A stretch of DNA of 64,000 nt from Gemmatimonadales bacterium (lineage in GTDB: Bacteria; Gemmatimonadota; Gemmatimonadetes; Gemmatimonadales; GWC2-71-9). The DNA is taken from positions 238 through 64,237 of the forward strand of contig JBDSMX010000285.1 in NCBI GenBank assembly GCA_039915645.1. The letters are read 5' to 3'. The notes under the pieces were generated by a model. The model did not search any database. It was given only the letters and a program-made list of their open reading frames with translations, and was not told the DNA's origin. Shown one piece after another: positions 56,606 to 64,000 of this stretch (position 1 is its first letter; each line of letters starts with the position of its first letter). Position numbers and translations under genes: made by a program.

Positions 56606-58330
56606 ATGGCACTCCCGCTGGTTCGCCGCACTCTCGCGTTCGGTAGCCTCCTCGCGCTCGCCGCCGTCGTTTCCCCACTCGCCGCCCAGGAAAAGGTCGA
56701 CGTCGCGACGATCGAGAAGATCAAGACTGAGGCGATGGAACACTCGCAGGTGATGGATATCATGAGCTGGCTCACCGATGTCTACGGGCCGCGGCTCACC
56801 TGGTCACCCAATCTCACCAAGGCCGGCAATTGGGCGGCGACGACGCTCAAGGGCTATGGCCTGTCGAACGTGCATCTGGAGCCGTGGACGACGCCGGCCG
56901 GCTTGGGCTGGGCCAGCGAGCGCTTCTCGTTCCAGGCGGTCGCACCGAACCCGTTCATCATCCAGGCCGTCCCGCGGGCGTGGTCGGCGAGCACCAAGGG
57001 GAAGGTGACCGGCGCCGCGATGATCGTTGAGGCCGGCTGCATCAGCGAGCTGCAACAGAAGTATGCCGGCAAGCTCAAGAACGCCTTCGTGATGGCGACG
57101 CGCGCCGATACCAATCCGGTGCGGGAGTTCACGGCGTGGGCGACGCGCCTGAGCGATTCGGCACTCGCGCTGATGGCGAATCCGCCGGCAGCTGCGGCGC
57201 CGGGTGGTGGCCGCGGCAACTTCCCGGCAGCAGGCACTCCGCCGGCACTTTCGGCGGCCTGTCAGGCAGAGGCCACGGTGCGCGCCGCGGCTGCTCCGCC
57301 CGCCAACGCGAACGCTGCCGGCGCCCGTCCGGGCGGGTTTGGTGGCGGGCGCTTCAATCTCAACAGTGACACGACGGCACTTCGCTGGCTCGAGAAGCAG
57401 GGCGTCGGCGCGATCATGATCGGCGGCGCGGGCCGTGGCTATGTCGGCGGCGATATCGCGACCGACAACGGAGCGTCCCGCGCGAAGGGTGCGCCGGCAG
57501 TGCCGTTCGTGCACGTGGCGACCGAGTCGTACGGCCGGATGTACCGCATGGTCCAGAAGGGTGTGCCGCTGACGCTTGAACTCGAAATGCAGAACCACTT
57601 CTATCCGGCCGACTCGACCTCATTCAATGTCATTGGCGAGATTCCCGGCACCGATCCGGCGCTCAAGGACGAAGTCGTCATGATCGGCGGCCACTTCGAT
57701 TCGTGGCACTCGGGCACCGGCGCCACCGACAACGGCGCCGGCTCTGCGACGATGATGGAAGCGATGCGCATCCTCAAGAAGCTCAACCTCCAGCCGCGTC
57801 GCACCATCCGGATCGGGCTGTGGACCGGTGAAGAGCAGGGGCTGATGGGCTCGCGCGCCTACGTCCGCCAGCACTACGGGTACAGCGACAGCGTCGGCTT
57901 CCATCCCACGCCGGAGCAAGCGAAGTTCGCCGCCTACTTCAACGTCGATAACGGCAGCGGCAAGATTCGTGGTGTCTATCAGCAGGGGAACGCTGGTGTC
58001 GCCCCGGTCTTCACCGCCTGGATGACTCCGTTCAATCCGATCGGGATGAAGACCCTCAACATCGGCAACACCGGCGGCACCGACCACCTCTCGTTCGATG
58101 CCGTTGGCCTCCCGGGCTTCCAGTTCATCCAGGACGGCCTCGATTACGGCTCGCGGACGCACCATACCAACCAGGACGTCTACGAGCGCATCCAGCCGGA
58201 TGACATGCGCTTCAATTCCGCCGTGCTTGCCGCGTTTGCCTGGCAGGCTGCGCAGCGTGACGAGCGGCTCCCCCGGAAGCCGGAACCGACCGCGACGCCG
58301 GCCCGCGGTGGACGTCCCGGCGGGCAGTAA
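56606..58330 (+). CDS. M28-family aminopeptidase with PA domain, secreted
   Basis: Signal peptide 'MALPLVRRTLAFGSLLALAAVVSPLAAQ'. M28 metal-binding blocks 'MIGGHFDSWHSGTGATDNGAGSA', 'WTGEEQGLMGS' and 'GGTDHLSF'. Confidence 0.88.
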   Translation: MALPLVRRTLAFGSLLALAAVVSPLAAQEKVDVATIEKIKTEAMEHSQVMDIMSWLTDVYGPRLTWSPNLTKAGNWAATTLKGYGLSNVHLEPWTTPAGLGWASERFSFQAVAPNPFIIQAVPRAWSASTKGKVTGAAMIVEAGCISELQQKYAGKLKNAFVMATRADTNPVREFTAWATRLSDSALALMANPPAAAAPGGGRGNFPAAGTPPALSAACQAEATVRAAAAPPANANAAGARPGGFGGGRFNLNSDTTALRWLEKQGVGAIMIGGAGRGYVGGDIATDNGASRAKGAPAVPFVHVATESYGRMYRMVQKGVPLTLELEMQNHFYPADSTSFNVIGEIPGTDPALKDEVVMIGGHFDSWHSGTGATDNGAGSATMMEAMRILKKLNLQPRRTIRIGLWTGEEQGLMGSRAYVRQHYGYSDSVGFHPTPEQAKFAAYFNVDNGSGKIRGVYQQGNAGVAPVFTAWMTPFNPIGMKTLNIGNTGGTDHLSFDAVGLPGFQFIQDGLDYGSRTHHTNQDVYERIQPDDMRFNSAVLAAFAWQAAQRDERLPRKPEPTATPARGGRPGGQ

Positions 58331-58355
58331 CCCCGGGTTGTTGCCCGTTCGGCGC

Positions 58356-58383
58356 GAAGGGGGTGGCCCAGGCCACCCCCTTC
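58356..58383 (+). terminator. 13-bp stem hairpin after the M28 gene
   Basis: The hairpin gaagggggtggcc-ca-ggccacccccttc lies 26 nt after the stop. There is no T-tract. Confidence 0.45.
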
Positions 58384-58423
58384 CTGCGTTCGGGAGGGGT
58401 CGCGTATTAGATTTGCCCCGACT

Positions 58424-58496
58424 GGGGCGGTAGCTCAGCTGGGAGAGCACCGCGTTTGCAACGCGGGGGTCAGGGGTTCGATCCCCCTCCGCTCCA
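58424..58496 (+). tRNA. tRNA-Ala (anticodon TGC)
   Basis: The cloverleaf was folded by hand. Acceptor GGGGCGG/CCGCTCC carries the G3:U70 Ala identity pair. D-arm GCTC/GAGC. Anticodon stem CCGCG/CGCGG with loop TTTGCAA. T-arm AGGGG-TTCGATC-CCCCT. CCA is not encoded. Confidence 0.93.
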
Positions 58497-58545
58497 TTGG
58501 TCGCGGTCGCCGCGACGGCAGGACCCCACTCCTACCCCGACTTCC

Positions 58546-60009
58546 ATGCCATCCACTCGACGCTTCCTTCGCGTACCTGCCGCCAGCTTCGCGGTGCTCC
58601 CCCTCGTCCTCGCCGCGTGCAGCGGCGGCAAGCTGTCGCCCGAAAAGGCCAAAGCAGCCGTGGTGGTCGAGGCGGGTGGGGCGAAGCTGACTGGGGCCAC
58701 GCTCGCGTCGTGGCTGTCGCAGGCCCCGACGCCGCCAAACGAACTCGCGGCCGCGCTGCTCGTGAGCACCTGGCTCGATCAGACATTGCTCGATCAGTCC
58801 GTTCGGAAAGGGCTGGTGCTCGATGATTCGGCCACGATCGATGCAGCGATCACCCCGGATGCAGTCCGAGGGATGCTGCTCGACTTCTGGGAGAAGCGCG
58901 CCAAGGCGCGTCCGGGCATCACCGACGCGCAGGCCGATTCGCTTGCCGACGTCGATCGCGTCCGGGTGTTCCAGCAGCTCTTCATCTCGCTGCCCAAGGA
59001 ACTGGATTCCGCCGCGGCTGCCCCGATCGTTGCCCGGATCAAGGCAGCCTCGGTACGTGCGCACGCCGACGGTGCCAACTTCACCACGTTGATCCACGAA
59101 TTCACGACCGACTCCGCAGTGCTCGCCAACGACGGCTTCATGCCGGCATTGACTCGTGCCGACCTCCCCAAGCCGGTCGCCGATGCCATCTGGGCGCTTC
59201 GGCCAGGGGAGGTCTCGGGCATCCTTGGCAGCTCGGGCGGCGGTCATCTCTTCCGTCGCGCGTCACGCGCCGAATCACGCGCCGCACTGAAGCGCTGGCT
59301 CGCGCCGCAGGTGGCTCTCCGGGCCGAACAGCGATTCACGGATTCCATCAGCACCGCCCTCGGCTTGACCTATTCCCCGGATGCAGTAGTGCGGTTGCGG
59401 GCGATGGCACCGGAGCCGCTCGTGCTCGCTCCCGGTCCGGCCCTGGCGACCTGGAAGGGCGGCGAACTCTCGGCAGCCAAGGTGCGCAGCTGGATTGCCA
59501 TGCTCGGCCCCAACGAGCGCGTTCTGCTCAGCTCCACGTCGGACTCGGCTGCGACCCGCTTCCTCCGCGAACTCGCTCAACGTGAGATCCTGCTCTCGTT
59601 CTCCTCGCCGGGACGTCCGGCACCCAATGCCGAAGCACGTGCCGCGCTGAGTCCGCAGTACAAGCTCGCGCTCGACAGCGCCAAGATCCGGCTGCGGGAA
59701 GTCGCCGGGGCCAGCCCCGAGGCGGAAGCTGGCAGTCTCTTCATCGCCGCGATTCTCTCGCAGCGGGTGTTCTATCGCCCGTTGCCGGGCAACCTCGCCG
59801 GCATTCTCCGGGCACGGTTGCCGGCGACGGTGAACAAGCCGGCGCTCGACGGCATCATCGCCGCAGCAAATGCTGCCTGGCGCGAGCAGCACGCCAACGA
59901 CAGCACTGCCGGGAAAGCGCCAGTCCCGCGAGTCCCGACGCCCCTCGATGGAGCAGCGCCTCAGTCGGCTCCAGCCATTGTCCCGGGCGTGGTGCCACCC
60001 AAGCCGTGA
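58546..60009 (+). CDS. SurA/PpiC-like periplasmic chaperone lipoprotein (parvulin-type domain degenerate)
   Basis: Lipobox 'LVLAACSGG'. Parvulin-like 'VRVFQQLFISLP...ARIKAASVRAHADGANFTTLIHEFTTDS...LRPGEVSGILGSSGGGHLFR'. The ORF-track start at 58456 lies inside the tRNA. Confidence 0.6.
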   Translation: MPSTRRFLRVPAASFAVLPLVLAACSGGKLSPEKAKAAVVVEAGGAKLTGATLASWLSQAPTPPNELAAALLVSTWLDQTLLDQSVRKGLVLDDSATIDAAITPDAVRGMLLDFWEKRAKARPGITDAQADSLADVDRVRVFQQLFISLPKELDSAAAAPIVARIKAASVRAHADGANFTTLIHEFTTDSAVLANDGFMPALTRADLPKPVADAIWALRPGEVSGILGSSGGGHLFRRASRAESRAALKRWLAPQVALRAEQRFTDSISTALGLTYSPDAVVRLRAMAPEPLVLAPGPALATWKGGELSAAKVRSWIAMLGPNERVLLSSTSDSAATRFLRELAQREILLSFSSPGRPAPNAEARAALSPQYKLALDSAKIRLREVAGASPEAEAGSLFIAAILSQRVFYRPLPGNLAGILRARLPATVNKPALDGIIAAANAAWREQHANDSTAGKAPVPRVPTPLDGAAPQSAPAIVPGVVPPKP

Positions 60010-60623
60010 TGATTGCCGCGACCCCGGCTGGCGTGCGCCTCACCGTGCACGCACAGCCCGGGGCCTCGCGGAGTGAAATCGCCGGCGTGCATGGCAACGC
60101 GATCAAGGTGCGCCTCGCGGCCCCTCCCGTCGATGGGAAGGCGAACGAGGCGCTGCGACGTTTTTTCGCGGAGTTGTTCGGAATCCCGCTGCGCGATGTC
60201 ACGCTGGTGCGCGGGGCGACTTCGCGCGCCAAGGTGATCGACCCTATTCGCTCGGTCGCCGTTCGGCGGTCCGCCGAGCCTCGACGGCGAGGAGTTGTCG
60301 CAGGCGCCTTCGCTCGGCCGCAGGGAAGAGATGCTTCGGTGAGAGCCGTGCCCAGCCATCGGGTCCGTGTCCGACCCACAGTACGTCGAGCACCAGTACC
60401 AGTTCGCGGGCCAGGACGGCGAGCGGGCAGGCGAGCGCGACCGAGCGCTCCTGCGACATCACCATGTCGGCGCTTCCCGAGCGACGGTCGGCCCAGCTGT
60501 GAATCCGCAACTGGACCAGGTCTCCCTGCCGCTCGAAAGTCCATTCGTGGACCCCTGGGGCATCCTCCAGCACCAGCGATGCGTGCGCCCCGCCTTCGAG
60601 CAGCGTCACGGCCGCCCGGGTGA
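60006..60623 (+). CDS. DUF167/YggU-family protein with an abnormal 110-aa Arg/Pro-rich C-terminal extension
   Basis: 'GVRLTVHAQPGASRSEIAGVHGNAIKVRLAAPPVDGKANEALRRFFAELFGIPLRDVTLVRGATSRAKV' matches YggU, which is normally about 100 aa. There is no in-frame stop until 60623, so the tail overlaps the convergent ORF. Confidence 0.6.
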   Translation: MMIAATPAGVRLTVHAQPGASRSEIAGVHGNAIKVRLAAPPVDGKANEALRRFFAELFGIPLRDVTLVRGATSRAKVIDPIRSVAVRRSAEPRRRGVVAGAFARPQGRDASVRAVPSHRVRVRPTVRRAPVPVRGPGRRAGRRARPSAPATSPCRRFPSDGRPSCESATGPGLPAARKSIRGPLGHPPAPAMRAPRLRAASRPPG

Positions 60624-60873
60624 GGTCACCCAGTGCGTCGGTCTCGTCGGTCGCCTGCATCGCCACCCGAAGATCATCTGCCTCCAGCGCCACAACGGCC
60701 CGGCCGGGAGATGTCAGGGCGTAACGGAGTGAGAGTGCCACGTCGTATCGTTCCTCAGGTGTATGCCTGGTTGAGTATCGGCGTCCCCCGCTGGGGTTCA
60801 AGGTCGGGACCTCGTTGCCCTGCCTCACGGGGCGAACCATCTTTCGAGCACAGTTTACCCCTGCCGGAGTCAC
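60244..60873 (-). CDS. Hypothetical protein (start uncertain)
   Basis: The composition is balanced, not the junk of a wrong frame ('[63 protein letters not shown]'). The maximal start at 60873 is only 3 nt from the sodA start; ATG 60840 or a later start is possible. Confidence 0.45.
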   Translation of the reverse strand: MTPAGVNCARKMVRPVRQGNEVPTLNPSGGRRYSTRHTPEERYDVALSLRYALTSPGRAVVALEADDLRVAMQATDETDALGDLTRAAVTLLEGGAHASLVLEDAPGVHEWTFERQGDLVQLRIHSWADRRSGSADMVMSQERSVALACPLAVLARELVLVLDVLWVGHGPDGWARLSPKHLFPAAERRRLRQLLAVEARRTAERRPSE

Positions 60874-60876
60874 TCG

Positions 60877-61485
60877 ATGTCATTCTCGCTGCCACCACTT
60901 CCGTACGACTATACCGCGCTCGAGCCCCACGTGGACGAGCAGACGATGCGCATTCATCACGACAAGCATCACGCCGCGTATGTCACCAACCTCAATGCCG
61001 CGCTCGAAGGTCTGCCCGAGTTGCTGGCGATGCCGATCGATCAGCTGATCGCCAACCTCGACCGGGTGCCGGAAGCCAAGCGCGCCGCGGTGAGAAACAA
61101 CGGCGGCGGGCACTTCAACCACACGATGTTCTGGGAGATCATGGCACCGGGTGGTGCGTCCGCGCCAGAGGGCGACCTCGCCGCCGCGATCACCACGGCC
61201 TTCGGCAGCTTCGATGCCTTCAAGGAGCAGTTCGCCAAGGCGTGCACCACCCGGTTCGGATCGGGCTGGGGTTGGCTGGTGAACACGGGAGGCAAACTCT
61301 CGATCGAGAGCTCGCCCAACCAGGACTCTCCCGTCATGGAAGGTCGGACGCCGATCCTCGGCTGCGATGTCTGGGAACACGCCTACTACCTCAAGTATCA
61401 GAACCGGCGACCGGATTATGTCGCGGCCTGGTGGAGCGTCGTGAACTGGCGCGAGATCGGGCGTCGCTTCGCAGGGAGTCGTTGA
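60877..61485 (+). CDS. sodA: Fe/Mn-family superoxide dismutase (Mn-type signature)
   Basis: '[14 protein letters not shown]', 'HHDKHH', '[11 protein letters not shown]' and '[18 protein letters not shown]'. Confidence 0.92.
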   Translation: MSFSLPPLPYDYTALEPHVDEQTMRIHHDKHHAAYVTNLNAALEGLPELLAMPIDQLIANLDRVPEAKRAAVRNNGGGHFNHTMFWEIMAPGGASAPEGDLAAAITTAFGSFDAFKEQFAKACTTRFGSGWGWLVNTGGKLSIESSPNQDSPVMEGRTPILGCDVWEHAYYLKYQNRRPDYVAAWWSVVNWREIGRRFAGSR

Positions 61486-61486
61486 A

Positions 61487-61957
61487 ATGCCCACCGACGC
61501 CTTGCCGAAGGTCGGCGCAGAGGCGCCAGCGTTCACACTTCCCTCGACGAGTGGAGATCAGGTCACCCTGGCCTCCTTCCGGGGGAAGCAGAATGTGCTG
61601 CTGGCGTTCTTTCCACTGGCATTCACCTCGACGTGCAGCACCGAGCTGCACGAGTTTTCCGAAGACCTCGAGCAGTTCGAGAACGCCGGTACTGTCGTCC
61701 TGCCGGTGTGCTGCGACTCGGTGCCCACGCTCAAGGCCTTCAAGCAGCAGGGCAAGATGCGCATCGACCTGCTGAGCGATTTCATGCGTGCCATGTCGCG
61801 CGACTACGGCACCCTGATCGAGGCGAAGAATCACTCGTCGAGGGCCTACATCCTCATCGATCGCAGCGGAGTCGTCCGCTGGACGTGGGAAGAGGCTGAG
61901 CTGGGTCATCGACGCGAGAACGGGGAGTTGCTGGCCCAGATCGCGGCGCTTGGCTGA
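61487..61957 (+). CDS. Peroxiredoxin (AhpC/TSA family, AhpE/Bcp-like)
   Basis: 'APAFTLPSTSGDQVTLASFRGKQNVLLAFFPLAFTSTCSTE'. It starts 1 nt after the sodA stop. Confidence 0.88.
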   Translation: MPTDALPKVGAEAPAFTLPSTSGDQVTLASFRGKQNVLLAFFPLAFTSTCSTELHEFSEDLEQFENAGTVVLPVCCDSVPTLKAFKQQGKMRIDLLSDFMRAMSRDYGTLIEAKNHSSRAYILIDRSGVVRWTWEEAELGHRRENGELLAQIAALG

Positions 61958-62015
61958 TTCCTGAATGGCGCGCGGCCCTTGGCACTGCCGGGGTCGCGCC
62001 GCCACTTTCCAGTCG

Positions 62016-62492
62016 ATGTCCATCCCGAACCGCTCCGTCGCCATCCTGTTCTGCCTGCTCGCCCTCTCCGGGTGCCGGTTCGATTATCGCACCCCCACCG
62101 GGGCGCGAAATGAGGACCCCGTTCTGCAGGGGCTCCCCATCGCGTTCTACCGGGCGCTCGCGCGGCACGATTCTGCCGCCTTTGGCCGGGCAGTCTTTCC
62201 TGCCGCCACGGTACTGATCGACGGCGGCAACAACCCGGTTACGCTGGTCTCTGCACGCGCCCTGCTCGGGGTCCCGGAGTACCGGACCGAGCGGAATGGG
62301 GTGCGACTGATTCGCTCGGAGGTCCGCGCCGATGGCAATCTGGCCACGGTGCGGGTGGTGATCGCGGCCGATGGTGCCCGCGGCGCTGGAGATTTCGAAG
62401 CCAACGACTTTCTCACTCTGGCCCGGCGTGATGGCGCCTGGCGCATCGCCCACGCGGTATTCGGTCCGTGGCGTCCGCGATCGGCGCCGTGA
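62016..62492 (+). CDS. SnoaL/NTF2-like (DUF4440-type) lipoprotein
   Basis: ATG 62016 gives 'MSIPNRSVAILFCLLALSGC'. The C-terminal 'DFLTLARRDGAWRIAHAVF' is typical of NTF2-like folds. The function call is weak. Confidence 0.55.
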   Translation: MSIPNRSVAILFCLLALSGCRFDYRTPTGARNEDPVLQGLPIAFYRALARHDSAAFGRAVFPAATVLIDGGNNPVTLVSARALLGVPEYRTERNGVRLIRSEVRADGNLATVRVVIAADGARGAGDFEANDFLTLARRDGAWRIAHAVFGPWRPRSAP

Positions 62493-62506
62493 GCGAGGAC
62501 GGGCGG

Positions 62507-63946
62507 ATGACGACCCCGCCTCTGGCGATCATTGCCGGGGCCGCTCGGGTCCTCGGCGCCGCCGTTCCGGCCGCCGATCGGCTGCGCGGGCTCTGCGAGC
62601 AGTTGCGAGCGGCACTCCCGGCCCACGAGGTCCGCTTGCGGGCCGGCGCACGACGCGCCGATGCGATCACGGTCACCGATGGGACCAGCGACGACTCGAC
62701 ACCCTTCTCGGTGACGGTGCCGTGGCGCGGTGATCGGCACGCCGTCCTCGAGGTGGTGGGGACGCCGCGTCCGCCAGCCGAGCTTCGGCCGATCCTCGAG
62801 ACGATCGCCTCACTGCTTGTGGCCGTCCTTCCCGCGTTCGAGCTTGGTGCCGATGACGAGGTGATGCTGGAGCGACAGATCCACCGCTTGACCATCGATT
62901 CGTTGCCGGTCGGGTTGTACGTCGTGGATGAGCAGTTCAGGATCGTGCTCTGGAATCGCAAGCGCGAAACCGGAATGCAGGGGTTGCGGCGCGAGGATGT
63001 CCTGGGAAGGCCCGTCCACGAGGTGCTCTTCCGCCAGCCGCCGGCCACGCTCCGCTCCGAATTCGATGGTGTCTTCCAGACCGGCGAGACGCACGAGAGC
63101 GAGCAGGAGGTGCAGGCGGGCGATGGCGAGCCGCGCATCTATCGCACCTCGCGGATCCCGATGCGGCTGAGCGGGAGCCGGGTGACGCACGTCATTTCCA
63201 TTGGTGAAGACGTCACCGAAACCCGGATCATCCAGCGCGCGATGCATCAGACCGAAAAGCTGGCCGCGGTGGGACAACTCGCCGCCGGCGTGATGCACGA
63301 GATCAACAATCCACTGGCCACGATCGGTGCCTGCGTGGCCGCGATTTCGTCACGCCTCGGGGGTCAGGCCGACTCCGTGGTGCGGGAATATCTCGACATC
63401 ATCGAGAGTGAAGTCGGTCGCTGCACCAATATTGTCGACGGTCTGCTCGATTTCTCGCGCGCTGGCCGCAGCGGCGGAGCCCACGAGCCGACGGATCTCA
63501 ACGCGCTGCTTGAGCGGACACTTTACCTGCTCAAGCACCACCAGCGCTTCCGACGCCTCAAGGTGGTGCGCGAGTTCGCCGAGGACCTGCCCTCGGTCAC
63601 CGGCAACAGTGAGCGTCTGGTGCAGGCGGCGATGGCCATCCTCCTCAATGCGGCCGATGCCACGAACGGCTACGGCAACGTGGTGGTCCGGACCTGGCTC
63701 GAGAATGGCATGATCATCACCGAATTCCAGGATGACGGACCGGGAATCCCGCCCGACATCCTGCCCAAGATTTTCGAGCCCTTCTACACGACCAAGGGGC
63801 CATCGCGCGGGACCGGGTTGGGGCTCGCGATCTGTTACGGCATTGTCGCAGACCATCAGGGTCGACTGGACGTGCGCAGCGAGCAGGGTCGCGGCACCGT
63901 CTTCCGGATGGCGCTGCCCATCGTCAGGGAAGGGAGCACCGGATGA
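62507..63946 (+). CDS. Cytoplasmic sensor histidine kinase (N-terminal sensor region, PAS, HisKA, HATPase_c)
   Basis: PAS 'LPVGLYVVDEQFRIVLWNRKRE', H-box 'AAGVMHEINNPLATI', N-box 'LLNAADA', G-boxes 'DDGPGI' and 'GTGLGLAI'. GAGGA lies 7 nt before ATG 62507. No TM helices were seen. Confidence 0.88.
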   Translation: MTTPPLAIIAGAARVLGAAVPAADRLRGLCEQLRAALPAHEVRLRAGARRADAITVTDGTSDDSTPFSVTVPWRGDRHAVLEVVGTPRPPAELRPILETIASLLVAVLPAFELGADDEVMLERQIHRLTIDSLPVGLYVVDEQFRIVLWNRKRETGMQGLRREDVLGRPVHEVLFRQPPATLRSEFDGVFQTGETHESEQEVQAGDGEPRIYRTSRIPMRLSGSRVTHVISIGEDVTETRIIQRAMHQTEKLAAVGQLAAGVMHEINNPLATIGACVAAISSRLGGQADSVVREYLDIIESEVGRCTNIVDGLLDFSRAGRSGGAHEPTDLNALLERTLYLLKHHQRFRRLKVVREFAEDLPSVTGNSERLVQAAMAILLNAADATNGYGNVVVRTWLENGMIITEFQDDGPGIPPDILPKIFEPFYTTKGPSRGTGLGLAICYGIVADHQGRLDVRSEQGRGTVFRMALPIVREGSTG

Positions 63947-64000
63947 AGCTGCTGGTGGTCGAAGACGACAAGACCGTGGGACACTACGTCAAGCGCGGCC
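63943..64000 (+). CDS. Response regulator receiver domain, 3' end cut by the window edge
   Basis: 'MKLLVVEDDKTVGHYVKRG'. ATGA overlap with the kinase stop. Confidence 0.75.
   Translation, partial: MKLLVVEDDKTVGHYVKRG

Noticed and set aside
58331-58545. tRNA-Ala as a possible integration hotspot for a genomic island
   Set aside because: There is no integrase, no direct repeat of the tRNA 3' end and no compositional break downstream. The flanking genes are ordinary housekeeping or periplasmic genes.

Overview
This is a GC-rich chromosomal segment, judged by eye. It is densely packed with about 55 protein genes and one tRNA-Ala. I found no transposase, integrase, phage genes or CRISPR array. 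All functional calls rest on motifs I recognised in the supplied translations, not on database searches. Gene content (alternative complex III, a PEP-CTERM protein, many lipoproteins, many multihaem cytochromes) suggests a Gram-negative organism of the Gemmatimonadota or Acidobacteriota type, but that is inference only.

Layout, left to right:
- 1-9692: a glycan utilisation locus with a sugar ABC permease, a large CBM/discoidin/GH15-like protein, a 1134-aa GH94 phosphorylase, a GH1 beta-glucosidase and an ABC ATPase.
- 9709-16253 (minus strand): a translationally coupled four-gene operon. It encodes a lipoprotein multihaem cytochrome, a NapC/NirT-anchored 20-haem cytochrome, a haem-free beta-barrel-like protein and a 16-haem cytochrome, giving 45 haem-binding motifs in total. 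I consider this the most interesting system in the window, as a candidate porin-cytochrome electron conduit.
- 16654-26638: a PEP-CTERM protein behind a near-consensus sigma-54 promoter, then yfcH, speA, a cyclophilin, gltA, and a TetR/acyl-CoA dehydrogenase pair with a palindromic operator.
- 26705-32191: two tandem paralogous membrane Ser/Thr kinases with an atypical catalytic loop, then queF and dinB.
- 34036-41398: a complete ActABCDEF alternative complex III operon.
- 41502-44451: an ECF sigma/anti-sigma pair and a cupredoxin.
- 44528-48673 (minus strand): an spt / GNAT / SDR / PAP2 operon that matches the logic of bacterial ceramide (sphingolipid) synthesis.
- 48747-64000: proteases, hemY, a hemD gene broken by two frameshifts, tRNA-Ala, sodA and a peroxiredoxin, and a histidine kinase with a response regulator.

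Smaller oddities are listed under findings. They include two conserved N-termini without a canonical start codon, heptamer repeats and long palindromes in intergenic regions, and very tight head-to-head gene pairs.
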